Origin: an uncultured Planctomycetales bacterium
Lineage (GTDB): Bacteria; Omnitrophota; Gorgyraeia; Zapsychrales; JAHFFX01
Assembly (NCBI GenBank): GCA_964464475.1
Contig: CAYXGG010000012.1
Coordinates: 2,611-59,622, forward strand
Reading direction: 5' to 3'
DNA length: 57,012 nucleotides
A program made the translations under genes and the position numbers. This document shows, piece after piece, positions 1 to 9,853 of this stretch; within the stretch, counting starts at the first letter, position 1, and every line of letters begins with the position of its first letter. Below the pieces are notes generated by a model, which saw only the letters and a list, made by a program, of their open reading frames with translations, searched no databases and was not told where the DNA came from.

Positions 1-567
1 AATATGCTGACTCGATTGGTCAAGCTCGCTATTATTAATCTCGCCGGAGTCCCGTCCGTGGTTTATGGATTGTTTGGGTTAGGTGTGTTTGTCATGTTTT
101 TGCAGTTTGGTTCATCCATTTTGGCTGGGTCATTGACATTGGCCATTATGGTGTTGCCCATTATCATCACGACCACTAAAGAAGCGCTCGATAGCGTCCC
201 TCAGTCCTTTCGTGAAGTCAGTCTTTCCCTCGGAGTCTCCAAATGGGATACCATTCGTTATTCAGTGTTACCCCACGCGCTTCCGGGTATTTTGACGGGA
301 GTGATTCTGGCGATTAGTCGAGCCGCCGGAGAAACGGCTCCGATCCTTTTTACAGTGGCAGCGTTTTATTTACCTAAACTGCCGGATTCTATTTACGATC
401 AAGTGATGGCTTTGCCATATCATTTGTATGTTATTTCTACACAGGTACCTAATGTTGATATTAAGGTTCGCTACGGAACAGCTTTAGTTTTGTTATTGAT
501 GGTGTTATCGCTTAATCTGGTAGCTATCTTAGTGCGGTCCAAATTTCGACGGATGAAAAAATGGTAG
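1..567 (+). CDS. pstA: Phosphate ABC transporter permease (5'-truncated by window edge)
   Basis: LAGVPSVVYGLFG and EAA-like loop, RAAGETAPI motif; frame is open to position 1; followed by pstB, pstB, phoU. Confidence 0.92.
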   Translation, partial: NMLTRLVKLAIINLAGVPSVVYGLFGLGVFVMFLQFGSSILAGSLTLAIMVLPIIITTTKEALDSVPQSFREVSLSLGVSKWDTIRYSVLPHALPGILTGVILAISRAAGETAPILFTVAAFYLPKLPDSIYDQVMALPYHLYVISTQVPNVDIKVRYGTALVLLLMVLSLNLVAILVRSKFRRMKKW

Positions 568-1325
568 AAACTTCCAAAGTTAAGTTGCATGTCAAGAATT
601 TGAATATTTGGTTTGATAGGATATTCGCACTGAAGAATATTAACCTGGAAGTCCGAGAACGGGAAATCTTAGGTGCGATTGGGCCAGCCAATAGTGGCAA
701 AAGCACGTTTTTAAGAATTCTTAATCGCCTCAATGATTTAAATGTGCATTACCGTTTTGAAGGAAAAGTTGAGTTAGATGGAAAAGATATTTACCGGGAC
801 ATTGAAATTGGGCAATTAAGAAAACGTGTGGGGATGGTGTTTGCCCTACCAATACCATTACCTTTAAGTATTTTTGAAAACGTGGTTTATGGTGTTCGCC
901 GGCAAGGGATGAATGACCCCAAGAAGCTTGCGGAAATTGTGGAAAGAACTTTGCGCGAATCTTACTTGTGGGAAGAAGTCAAAGACCGGCTTAATTCCTC
1001 TGGTATGAAGCTTTCGGGAGGTCAGCAGCAACGGTTATGTTTGGCGAGGACGCTGGCGGTTAATCCGGAAGTGATCTTGTATGATGAACCCTGCTCGGGG
1101 CTTGATCCGATCTCGACAGCAAAAATTGAAGAAGCTATGTTTCGCTTTAAAGACCGTTATACTCAAATTTTAGTCACCAATAACACTAAGCAGGCTGCAA
1201 GGGTCAGTGACCGCACGGCATTCTTTCTGATGGGTGAACTGGTTGAACTAGATGATACGGGAGTTATTTTTACCCGTCCACGGGATAAACGCACCAATGA
1301 TTATATTTCAGGAAGGTTTGGGTAA
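561..1325 (+). CDS. pstB: Phosphate ABC transporter ATP-binding protein (paralogue 1)
   Basis: Walker A GPANSGKS, LSGGQQQRLC signature, DEPCSGLDP, C-terminal YISGRFG typical of PstB. Confidence 0.9.
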   Translation: MVETSKVKLHVKNLNIWFDRIFALKNINLEVREREILGAIGPANSGKSTFLRILNRLNDLNVHYRFEGKVELDGKDIYRDIEIGQLRKRVGMVFALPIPLPLSIFENVVYGVRRQGMNDPKKLAEIVERTLRESYLWEEVKDRLNSSGMKLSGGQQQRLCLARTLAVNPEVILYDEPCSGLDPISTAKIEEAMFRFKDRYTQILVTNNTKQAARVSDRTAFFLMGELVELDDTGVIFTRPRDKRTNDYISGRFG

Positions 1326-2077
1326 TGATCGTTCTGGAAGCCATTGATTTGAATTTGTTTTATACTGAATTTCACGCTTTGAAGGGCGTGAATATGAAGT
1401 TGCGCAAGAATATGATCACGGCGTTAATCGGTCCTTCTGGATGTGGTAAATCAACGTTATTGAGAACCTTTAATCGCATGAATGATTTGATTGAGGGCGT
1501 GCGTATCACCGGGCAAATTAAGATTGAAGGTAAGGATGTCTTGGGTATCGGAACGGATTTGGTGACCTTGCGCAAGAAAGTGGGCATGGTGTTCCAGCGT
1601 CCCAATCCATTTCCGCTAAGTGTGAGAGAGAATATTTTATTTGGCCCGCGAATTCACAAAACGGCCAAGCCAGACGAATTAGATGAAATTGTGGAAAGCA
1701 GTCTCAAGGCGGTATTGCTCTGGGACATGCTGAAGGACAAGCTAAATCGTAACGCGCTAAACCTTTCTTTAGAGCAGCAGCAGCGTTTGTGCATTGCACG
1801 CTTACTGCCGGTTAAGCCGGAAGTGTTATTAATGGATGAGCCCTGTTCAGCGCTTGACCCCATCGCCACGGAAAGGGTCGAGGAATTAATGCGGATTTTG
1901 AAAGAAAATTATAGTATTCTTATTGTGACTCATAACATGCAGCAGGCTGCGCGGGTGTCGGATGATACGGGTTTTATGTTGCTGGGTGAACTGGTTGAGT
2001 TTAATTCAACACAAGCCATCTTTACTAATCCTAAAGACCAAAAGACAAATGATTACATCACCGGACGCTACGGATAA
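1325..2077 (+). CDS. pstB: Phosphate ABC transporter ATP-binding protein (paralogue 2)
   Basis: GPSGCGKS, VGMVFQRPNPFP, MDEPCSALDP, VTHNMQQAARVSD, YITGRYG. Confidence 0.93.
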   Translation: MIVLEAIDLNLFYTEFHALKGVNMKLRKNMITALIGPSGCGKSTLLRTFNRMNDLIEGVRITGQIKIEGKDVLGIGTDLVTLRKKVGMVFQRPNPFPLSVRENILFGPRIHKTAKPDELDEIVESSLKAVLLWDMLKDKLNRNALNLSLEQQQRLCIARLLPVKPEVLLMDEPCSALDPIATERVEELMRILKENYSILIVTHNMQQAARVSDDTGFMLLGELVEFNSTQAIFTNPKDQKTNDYITGRYG

Positions 2078-2097
2078 TTCAATAGAGGAGAGGAATC

Positions 2098-2757
2098 ATG
2101 CATCGACATTTTGACGAGGAGTTGACTAATCTTAAAGAGAAAATTTTCCGAATGAGCGGTCAAGTGGAAGAAATCGTAGGGACTGCGATTAAAGCCGTCA
2201 CCGAGCGTAATTCGGATTTGGCTTATAAAGTCATCAAATCTGATGACGCAGTTAATAAACTGGAAGTTGAAATTGATGATTTGTGTTTGAAGCTACTGGC
2301 TCTATATCAACCAACTGCCGGTGATTTGCGTTTTATCGCCTCGACCATGAAAATAAATAATGATTTAGAAAGGATTGCAGATCTGGGGGTAAACATTGGT
2401 CAGCGAACACTTGATTTACTTAAAGTTCCACCGCTTAAATTAAAAATTGATATTCCCAAGATGGCCATGGCTGCTCAAGCCATGCTTAAGGATAGTTTAA
2501 CGGCGTTTGTCAACCGGGATTCTCGCCTAGCGTATGAGGTTTGCAAAAGAGATGATGAGGTAGATAAATTAAATCACGAGATTTTTATGGCGGTTTTCCA
2601 TTGTAATCCGGAAGAGCAAAAGCCGGTAGAGCGGGTTATTGATTTGATTTTAGTCGCTAAAAATCTGGAGCGGATTGCTGACCATTCTACCAATATCTGC
2701 GAAGATGTTATTTATATGGTCGATGGTAAAGTAATTAAACACCATATTACCGATTAA
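2098..2757 (+). CDS. phoU: Phosphate signalling complex protein PhoU
   Basis: Two PhoU repeats with LERIAD motifs, QPTAGDLR; RBS GAGGAG; follows pstB. Confidence 0.95.
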   Translation: MHRHFDEELTNLKEKIFRMSGQVEEIVGTAIKAVTERNSDLAYKVIKSDDAVNKLEVEIDDLCLKLLALYQPTAGDLRFIASTMKINNDLERIADLGVNIGQRTLDLLKVPPLKLKIDIPKMAMAAQAMLKDSLTAFVNRDSRLAYEVCKRDDEVDKLNHEIFMAVFHCNPEEQKPVERVIDLILVAKNLERIADHSTNICEDVIYMVDGKVIKHHITD

Positions 2758-2767
2758 GCGTTGAGCC

Positions 2768-3079
2768 GTGGGATCTTATAAACAGATATCCGTTGAAGAA
2801 GCACAGAAGTTGTGCGAGGCGGGAGCTACGATTGTCGATATTCGTGACCCTGGCTCTTTCGCGCTAGGGCACTTACCCGGGGCCCAAATGGTCAATGACC
2901 AAAACTTACAGGTGTTTCTAAAAGCCGCAGATCTTAAGAAACCTTTAGTTTGTTACTGTTATCACGGGCATAGCAGCCAGTCGGCGTCACAATTCTTTCT
3001 TCAACAGGGGTTTCAAGAAGTTTACAGCATGCTGGGTGGCTTTGAAGAGTACCGCAAACAATTCCCATCTGTCATTTGA
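2768..3079 (+). CDS. glpE: Single-domain rhodanese / thiosulfate sulfurtransferase (GlpE-like)
   Basis: VDIRD..GHLPGA, active-site CYHGHSS, GGFEEY; GTG start. Confidence 0.85.
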   Translation: MGSYKQISVEEAQKLCEAGATIVDIRDPGSFALGHLPGAQMVNDQNLQVFLKAADLKKPLVCYCYHGHSSQSASQFFLQQGFQEVYSMLGGFEEYRKQFPSVI

Positions 3080-3122
3080 TTTTTCGCTATCTTTTCCTCT
3101 GTACTTCTCTATAATTCTCTCC

Positions 3123-3788
3123 ATGCCGACGATTCTTTTAAAAACGAAAGCTGTTATTTTTGACATGGACGGAGTTATTACCAACACCATGCCGGATCAT
3201 TTTCGTGCTTGGAAAGAGATTTTCGCTGCCGAAGGTGTTGAGGTATCTCATCACGATATTTATAGCCGAGAAGGGCAGCGCGGGTTGCATAGCGTTTTTG
3301 AAATATTTGACCATCATCAACGGTCTATTTCTATGGAAAAAGCCAGAAATTTGCTTTTCAAAAAAGAACAGCTATTTAAGAAAATGGCCAGGCAAAGATT
3401 TATTCCTGGCGCGAGAAAGTTTTTGGCGGATTTGTGGCGTGCGGGATTCGACTTGGGGTTGGTGACGGGGACTTCGCGTCATGAGGTCCAGCGAATTTTG
3501 CCGGAAAAACTCTTTAATTTATTTAAAGTTACGATCACGGGTTCGGATGTCAAAAAGGGAAAACCTCACCCGGAGCCATTCAAAAAAGCCTTGCAAGCGT
3601 TAAAAATAAAACCACAAGATGGCGTTGTGTTGGAAAACGCGCCGTTTGGCATATTGTCGGCTAAGGGAGCAGGGGTTCGCTGTTTAGCTTTAGAAACATC
3701 TCTGCCTAGGCAATATTTGACTAAGGCTGATTATGTGTTTCATTCCATTAATGATCTGCGTTCGCAGGTTCGTTTTGTCACTAATTAA
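3123..3788 (+). CDS. HAD-superfamily phosphatase (beta-PGM/CbbY-like)
   Basis: FDMDGV motif I, VTGT motif II, KGKPHPEPF, VLENAPFG; start moved to ATG 3123. Confidence 0.85.
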   Translation: MPTILLKTKAVIFDMDGVITNTMPDHFRAWKEIFAAEGVEVSHHDIYSREGQRGLHSVFEIFDHHQRSISMEKARNLLFKKEQLFKKMARQRFIPGARKFLADLWRAGFDLGLVTGTSRHEVQRILPEKLFNLFKVTITGSDVKKGKPHPEPFKKALQALKIKPQDGVVLENAPFGILSAKGAGVRCLALETSLPRQYLTKADYVFHSINDLRSQVRFVTN

Positions 3789-3845
3789 ACTGTGAATCGC
3801 GCTTGTTGAAGAACTAAGTTAAGTTTTTTCTGAGTGGAGAACTGC

Positions 3846-4721
3846 ATGAACATCAAAAAAGTACTGCTTATTCATAAGAAAAGCGCGTACAAAGTTTATT
3901 TTCTAGAACGGAATAGTTCTTTCTATAAAAAAGAGCATCTTTTCTCTAAAACCGAATTGGAGAGTTTTAAGATAGCTCACGCCAAACATTATGCTTCCTT
4001 GGCTCAAGTTGAGAAAATTCTGAAAAATTGTGGAATTGTCTGTCATAAGCGATGCCGAGGACAGGAATGTCATGCGCAAGGATGTGATTTAATCATTACG
4101 GTAGGAGGCGATGGAACTTTCTTAGAGGCGGCTCGGGCGGCCAAACAACAATATCTTCTCGGAGTCAATTCGGATCCGGAAAGAAGTTTTGGTCGGTTTT
4201 GCGCAAGCAACGCTTTACGGTTTGAAGAAGATCTGCATAAGATATTGTCAGGCCGATTTCGCGTTCAGCAGTTTCAACGTATTGCGTGCCATTTGGAGTT
4301 AGCTAAAGAGTCGCGAGTCATTCAGGTTTTAAATGATATTTTAGTTTGCCATCAGAACCCGGCAGCGATGAGTCGTTATAAGTTAATTATTGGTCGTCGA
4401 CAGGAAGAACAACGTTCTTCCGGATTATGGGTTTCAACCGCCGCGGGGTCCTCAGGAGCTATTAAATCCGCCGGAGGAAAAGTGTTGCCTAAGGGATCAA
4501 AAGAGATTGAATACCGCCCTCGAGAAATGTTTACCGGGTTTAAGCCACGCTATAACTTCTCAGGAGGGATATTAAACCTAGAGAAGCCGGTCAAAATAGA
4601 ATCTCAGATGCGTTCGGGGATGATTTACATTGATGGAGCCCACTTTAAGTTTCCTTTTTGTTTTGGTGAAAAGGTTGTCTTAAGAAAATCAAAATTACCA
4701 TTGCGAATGATTGAGGTATAA
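3846..4721 (+). CDS. nadK: NAD(+)/NADH kinase
   Basis: GGDGT motif, LND, SSGLWVSTAAGS; ATG 3846 after GGAG. Confidence 0.85.
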   Translation: MNIKKVLLIHKKSAYKVYFLERNSSFYKKEHLFSKTELESFKIAHAKHYASLAQVEKILKNCGIVCHKRCRGQECHAQGCDLIITVGGDGTFLEAARAAKQQYLLGVNSDPERSFGRFCASNALRFEEDLHKILSGRFRVQQFQRIACHLELAKESRVIQVLNDILVCHQNPAAMSRYKLIIGRRQEEQRSSGLWVSTAAGSSGAIKSAGGKVLPKGSKEIEYRPREMFTGFKPRYNFSGGILNLEKPVKIESQMRSGMIYIDGAHFKFPFCFGEKVVLRKSKLPLRMIEV

Positions 4722-5081
4722 ATGGAAGCCGTTTTGCTTATTTCTCATGGTAGTCGATTGGCTAAAACCAAAGAGGAGGTTTTGGTCCTGTTGGCGCGTT
4801 TACGCCAACGCGTACCAGAACGAATTTATGAATGCGCATTTCTTGAGTTAGAAACGCCTAGCATTCCGCAAGGTATAGATAATTGTGTCACTCAAGGTGC
4901 ATCAAGAATTATTGTCTTGTTGAATTTCTTAAATTCCGGGAGACATGTTGATCATGATATCCCCGCCATCATTGAGCAGGCACGTCATAAGCATTTGGGC
5001 GTTCAAATTCAAATTTCCACGCCGATTGGTCAACATTCTGGCATTGTCGATCTGTTTCTTGATTTAATCAAACAACATTAG
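4722..5081 (+). CDS. Single-domain CbiX/SirB sirohydrochlorin chelatase
   Basis: HGSR, AFLELETPSIPQGI, GRHVDHDIP His motifs; sulfate assimilation genes nearby. Confidence 0.8.
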   Translation: MEAVLLISHGSRLAKTKEEVLVLLARLRQRVPERIYECAFLELETPSIPQGIDNCVTQGASRIIVLLNFLNSGRHVDHDIPAIIEQARHKHLGVQIQISTPIGQHSGIVDLFLDLIKQH

Positions 5082-5085
5082 ATTG

Positions 5086-6141
5086 ATGGCAACGGCAACT
5101 TTTAGTCAAGATTTGCTTAGTTGGTATAAGAAAAATGCGAGAGATTTGCCTTGGCGGCGCACGCGAGATCCTTATTTAATTTGGGTTTCAGAGGTAATGC
5201 TGCAACAAACCACGGTGGCCACCGTGATCCCCTATTTTGAAAGATGGAAGCAAGATTATCCTACTTTGCAGTCCGTCGCGAAGGCACCAACCGACCAAAT
5301 TCTTAAATCTTGGCAAGGGCTGGGTTATTATAATCGAGCTAGGAATTTACAAAAGGCAGCCCAAGTCATCTGTGAAAAGTGGCGAGGGCAAATGCCCACC
5401 GATAGGGATGTTTTGCGTGCCTTGCCGGGGTTTGGCCCCTACACCACGGGAGCGGTTCTTAGTATCGCTTTTAATCAGCGCGAACCGATCATTGACGCTA
5501 ACGTGCGTCGTGTCATGATGCGCCAATTGGCTATGAATGGATTTGCGGAGACCTCTCAAGATAAGGCGATAGGCAGCCACTTAGATCAGATTCTTCCCCA
5601 AAAAGAGATGCGGCATTTTAACCAGGCTTTAATGGAATTGGGGGCATTGGTTTGTCGAAGTCAGGAACCTTTATGCATCGTATGTCCGGTTCGTCGACAT
5701 TGCCAGGCGTATTCCCGAGGTCAACAAGAAATCATTCCACAAGTTAAGAAAAAACAGATTTCAGAGGTTAAGGTAGTTATTGCTATTCTCAAAAAAGGAG
5801 AAAAGTACTTTATTCAAAAGCGTCCTCCCAAAGGGCTGTTTGCGGATCTGTGGGAATTTCCGGGAGGAAAAATTGAACCAGGAGAAAAGCCTCGTGAAGC
5901 TTTAACTCGCGAGTTAAAAGAAGAATTGCAAGTAACCATGATTTCTGCCGAACCGTTATTTAACGTTAAACAATTTTACACGCAGTTTAAAGCGCAGTTG
6001 CAGGTTTTTAGCTGTAGCGTGACGCCTTCTCCGCCGGTTAATTTGACCCATAAGTGGGTCACGCGTAAGGACTTTTCTCGATATCCTATGCCCTCTGGGA
6101 GCGCTCGGATCGTAGATCGTCTCTTGGGCGGGGTTTACTGA
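5086..6141 (+). CDS. mutY: A/G-specific adenine glycosylase with C-terminal NUDIX domain
   Basis: RDLPWR, VSEVMLQQT, WQGLGYY, HhH LPGFGPYT, C-x6-C-x2-C-x5-C FeS motif, WEFPGGK. Confidence 0.95.
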   Translation: MATATFSQDLLSWYKKNARDLPWRRTRDPYLIWVSEVMLQQTTVATVIPYFERWKQDYPTLQSVAKAPTDQILKSWQGLGYYNRARNLQKAAQVICEKWRGQMPTDRDVLRALPGFGPYTTGAVLSIAFNQREPIIDANVRRVMMRQLAMNGFAETSQDKAIGSHLDQILPQKEMRHFNQALMELGALVCRSQEPLCIVCPVRRHCQAYSRGQQEIIPQVKKKQISEVKVVIAILKKGEKYFIQKRPPKGLFADLWEFPGGKIEPGEKPREALTRELKEELQVTMISAEPLFNVKQFYTQFKAQLQVFSCSVTPSPPVNLTHKWVTRKDFSRYPMPSGSARIVDRLLGGVY

Positions 6142-6149
6142 GGAAAACC

Positions 6150-6177
6150 TTGCAAAAATCAGAAACCGGGGTAATAT
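6150..6177 (+). promoter_or_regulatory. Putative sigma70 promoter of cysH-cysD-cysN
   Basis: TTGCAA (6150-6155), 16 nt spacer, TAATAT (6172-6177). Confidence 0.45.
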
Positions 6178-6237
6178 TTAGTCTTCAGTTAAGCTAAGTT
6201 TTGTCGAGGATAAAACTGAGATAGAAATTAAATAAAT

Positions 6238-6966
6238 ATGAGCCATCAATCTCGAATCACACAATTAAATGATCAAGCGAAGAACCTTAAGCCGGAAGCG
6301 GTGTTGCAATTGGCTTTTGCCGAATTTGGCCAACGAGTGACTTTTGCGTCCAGCTTGGGTGAAGAGGATCAGGTCATTACTGATATGATCGCGAAGCATG
6401 CTCCGGGAATCAGCGTTTTTACACTGGACACGGGTCGCCTAAACCAGGAGACCTACACGTTGTTCGCCAAAAATCAAAAGAAATATCAGATTGAATTTAA
6501 GGTTTTCTTCCCTGACTCGGTAGTCGTAGAAGCTTTGGTTAAAAAAAAGGGCATCAATTTATTCTATGAGAGTGTTGAAAATCGCAAGCAGTGTTGCCAT
6601 GTTCGTAAAGTGGAGCCTTTACGACGAGCTCTTTCGCAGGTGGATGCTTGGATAACGGGTTTGCGTCGGGCGCAATCAGTGACCAGAGGGAACATTGAAA
6701 TTTTTGAATGGGACGCAGATAATCAAAAAGTTAAGATTAACCCGCTTGCTTTTTGGACGCTGGATGATGTTCAAGGATATATCATGGACCATGGTGTGGA
6801 TGTTAATGAACTGCACGCGCAAGGTTTTGTGAGTATCGGCTGTGCGCCCTGCACTCGAGCCATTAAACCAGGTGAAGATATACGCGCCGGTCGGTGGTGG
6901 TGGGAATCTCCGGAGCAAAAAGAATGCGGATTGCATAATAATCCCAATCGACCGAAGATAAATTAA
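6238..6966 (+). CDS. cysH: Adenylyl-sulfate (APS) reductase, 4Fe-4S type CysH
   Basis: [42 protein letters not shown]. Confidence 0.93.
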   Translation: MSHQSRITQLNDQAKNLKPEAVLQLAFAEFGQRVTFASSLGEEDQVITDMIAKHAPGISVFTLDTGRLNQETYTLFAKNQKKYQIEFKVFFPDSVVVEALVKKKGINLFYESVENRKQCCHVRKVEPLRRALSQVDAWITGLRRAQSVTRGNIEIFEWDADNQKVKINPLAFWTLDDVQGYIMDHGVDVNELHAQGFVSIGCAPCTRAIKPGEDIRAGRWWWESPEQKECGLHNNPNRPKIN

Positions 6967-6967
6967 T

Positions 6968-7861
6968 ATGAATAGAAGCTTAGATAAATTAGACAGTCTT
7001 GAAGCCCAAAGCGTTTTTATCCTACGAGAAGCTTATCGGGAATTCAAAAGCTTAGTCATGCTGTGGTCGATCGGCAAAGACAGCACGGTACTCTTGTGGC
7101 TAGCACGGAAAGCTTTCTTTGGGCATGTGCCTTTTCCTTTGGTACATATAGACACCAGCTACAAGATTCCCGAAATGATCCAGTATCGGGATGAGCTGGC
7201 CATGAAGTTTAAATTGAACATGATTGTGGGCCAAAATAAACAAGCATTGGCAGAAAAGCGAACTTATCCTGATGGTCAGTTGGATCGGATAAGCTGTTGT
7301 AAAGCGCTTAAGACTGACGCGTTAAAGAATACGTTGTCAGGTGCTTGGCCTCGCTGGAAACTTAATCATAAAACCGGTACCTATGAGGAAGATCTTAATA
7401 AAGAGCCTTATACGGGTGTGATTGTTGGGGCGAGGGCCGATGAAGAAGGGAGCCGTTCTAAGGAACGTTATTTTTCGCCGCGAGATCGGAATAGCGATTG
7501 GGACGTTGGGGATCAGCCGCCTGAGTTATGGAATCAATTTAAGACAGATTTTGCGCCAGGGACGCATTTAAGAATCCATCCGCTATTGGATTGGACGGAA
7601 TTGAATATTTGGGAGTACATTCAGCGCGAAAACATTCCTATTACAAATTTATATTTTGACCAAGGTAGCGGCAAACGGTATCGGTCGCTGGGGTGTTATC
7701 CGTGTACGGCATCGGTTGATTCTACGGCTAAAAATGTTGCCGAGATTGTGGAAGAATTGCGTTCCGGAAAGTTTAAGAATATTGCCGAACGTTCCGGTCG
7801 CGCCCAAGATAAAGAAGATGGCGGTGGCTTAGAGACGCTGCGTAAAGAAGGATATATGTAG
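6968..7861 (+). CDS. cysD: Sulfate adenylyltransferase subunit 2
   Basis: SIGKDS PP-loop, [36 protein letters not shown] end. Confidence 0.95.
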   Translation: MNRSLDKLDSLEAQSVFILREAYREFKSLVMLWSIGKDSTVLLWLARKAFFGHVPFPLVHIDTSYKIPEMIQYRDELAMKFKLNMIVGQNKQALAEKRTYPDGQLDRISCCKALKTDALKNTLSGAWPRWKLNHKTGTYEEDLNKEPYTGVIVGARADEEGSRSKERYFSPRDRNSDWDVGDQPPELWNQFKTDFAPGTHLRIHPLLDWTELNIWEYIQRENIPITNLYFDQGSGKRYRSLGCYPCTASVDSTAKNVAEIVEELRSGKFKNIAERSGRAQDKEDGGGLETLRKEGYM

Positions 7862-7915
7862 TGTTAAGTTTCAAGGGTCAAGTGTTAAGTGGGAAGTGAA
7901 AAGTGGATAGTTTAA
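7860..7915 (+). repeat. Degenerate heptamer tandem array (8 x AGTnnnA)
   Basis: AGTGTTA AGTTTCA AGGGTCA AGTGTTA AGTGGGA AGTGAAA AGTGGAT AGTTTAA in the cysD-cysN spacer. Confidence 0.7.
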
Positions 7916-7953
7916 GTAATTAACAATATAGATTTTTACAATTGAATTGAGTT

Positions 7954-9759
7954 ATGTCTAGCATTGAACGCGAGCAAATGAATGTGGTGATTGTCGGTCA
8001 CGTTGATCACGGGAAAAGTACCGTGATTGGTCGGCTGTTGGCAGATACGGGTTCTTTGCCGCAGGGAAAGTTAGAGGAAGTGAAGGCGCGCTGCGAACGC
8101 AGCGCACGTCCTTTTGAATACGCTTTCTTGTTAGACGCTCTGAAGGATGAACAAGCTCAGGGAATTACTATTGATACTGCCCGCAGTTTCTTTAAATCGG
8201 CTAATCGCGATTACATCATTATTGATGCTCCCGGCCATATTGAATTTTTGAAGAATATGATTACTGGCGCGGCGCGAGCGGAGGCCGCGTTGTTGGTTAT
8301 TGACGCCAAGGAGGGAATCCGCGAGAACTCCAAACGTCATGGGTACATGCTGTCTTTTTTGGGCATCAAGAACGTAACGGTGCTTATCAATAAAATGGAT
8401 CTGGTCGAATACAGCGAGAAAGTTTTTAATCAAATCAAGACTGATTACCTTAAATTCTTAAAAGAAGTAAATATTGAACCCACTAATGTTATTCCGATTG
8501 CTGCTTTTCACGGGGACAATATGGTGTCCGCTTCAACAAAAACCACTTGGTATAAGGGGGGGCATGTTCTTGAGGCTTTGGATGGATTTAAGAAGGCCGC
8601 GGCTAAAGATCAACAGCCATTTAGAATGCCTGTACAGGATGTGTATAAATTCACGGCCCAAGGCGACGATCGAAGAATTTTTGCCGGTCGCGTGGAAACC
8701 GGAGCGTTGCAGGTTGGCCAAGACGTTATCTTTCTTCCTTCCGGTAAGAAATCTAAAGTTGTGAGTATGGAAAGCTTTAATACGTCCCCCAAAACAGAGA
8801 TTTTTGTCGGGCAAAGTTCCGGAGTTTGCTTGGAGACTCAAATTTATATTCGTCCTGGAGAAATTATGTGTCGGGTGGGGGACAAGCTACCCCAGGTAAG
8901 CACTAAATTCAAAGCCAATATTTTTTGGATGGGCAAACAGCCGTTAATAAAAAATAAAACCTATAAATTAAAAATAACCACTCAACATGTGCCCGTCACT
9001 GTTGCGGAAGTTGTTAGTGTGTTGAATGCGTCTGAACTATCAGCTGTTGAGAAACCGCACGTTGACCGGCATGAAGTCGCAGAGTGTATTCTCGAAACCA
9101 TGAAGCCCGTGGCGTTTGATCGTATCTCGGATTTAGCGGAGACGGGAAGATTTGTGATCGTGGATAATTACGAAATTGCAGGTGGCGGTATTATTTTGGC
9201 GCCGGTTTTTGATGAACAGACCTCGCTAAATCAACATATTAAGAAACGGGAATTTGAATGGGAGCGCAGCGCGATTACACCCGATGTTCGAGCGAGAAAA
9301 TATGAACATAAATCAGCATTGATTGTTATTACCGGCCAGATTGATACCGGTAAACAGCGAATTGCCAAAGCCTTGGAAGAGGAACTTTTTAATCTGGGAA
9401 AGTTTACATATTTCTTGGGTGTTTCCAACCACTTGTCAATTGGTGGAAATCATCAGCAGGATCGAACCATTGGTAAGTTTGAGCATATCCAACAGCTGGG
9501 CGAGCTGGCGCATATTATTACGGACTCAGGTTTAATTCTTATCACGAGTATTACTGATATTGATGAGTATGAATTGGCCACCCTTAAGTCGCTTAATCAT
9601 CCCAACAAAACCCTGGTTGTCAACGTGGGGGAGAATCATTTTTCCACGGGCCAGGTGGATTTAGACCTCGTGGATAACGAAGATAGCAAGTCTGCGGTTA
9701 CGAAGATCGTTGATTTGCTGATTCGTTCGGTGGTTCTTGATCCGGAGTATTATATTTAA
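7954..9759 (+). CDS. cysN: Sulfate adenylyltransferase subunit 1 (GTPase) with degenerate C-terminal APS-kinase-like domain
   Basis: [27 protein letters not shown]; C-terminal [13 protein letters not shown] resembles the CysC P-loop. Confidence 0.92.
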   Translation: MSSIEREQMNVVIVGHVDHGKSTVIGRLLADTGSLPQGKLEEVKARCERSARPFEYAFLLDALKDEQAQGITIDTARSFFKSANRDYIIIDAPGHIEFLKNMITGAARAEAALLVIDAKEGIRENSKRHGYMLSFLGIKNVTVLINKMDLVEYSEKVFNQIKTDYLKFLKEVNIEPTNVIPIAAFHGDNMVSASTKTTWYKGGHVLEALDGFKKAAAKDQQPFRMPVQDVYKFTAQGDDRRIFAGRVETGALQVGQDVIFLPSGKKSKVVSMESFNTSPKTEIFVGQSSGVCLETQIYIRPGEIMCRVGDKLPQVSTKFKANIFWMGKQPLIKNKTYKLKITTQHVPVTVAEVVSVLNASELSAVEKPHVDRHEVAECILETMKPVAFDRISDLAETGRFVIVDNYEIAGGGIILAPVFDEQTSLNQHIKKREFEWERSAITPDVRARKYEHKSALIVITGQIDTGKQRIAKALEEELFNLGKFTYFLGVSNHLSIGGNHQQDRTIGKFEHIQQLGELAHIITDSGLILITSITDIDEYELATLKSLNHPNKTLVVNVGENHFSTGQVDLDLVDNEDSKSAVTKIVDLLIRSVVLDPEYYI

Positions 9760-9779
9760 TTCAACAATTGAGAATTAAT

Positions 9780-9807
9780 TTGACAAGAATCAAAGTGGTG
9801 TTAGTAT
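9780..9807 (+). promoter_or_regulatory. Putative sigma70 promoter of the Fur-like gene
   Basis: Consensus TTGACA (9780-9785), 16 nt spacer, extended -10 TGnTAGTAT (9799-9807). Confidence 0.6.
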
Positions 9808-9853
9808 CGACCTCAAATAAGTATAAATTTAGCTTACTTAAAAGATTTTAGCC

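Noticed and set aside
7860-7915. Heptamer tract or fibre repeats as a CRISPR array
   Set aside because: No constant 23-50 nt repeat with unique spacers, and no cas genes
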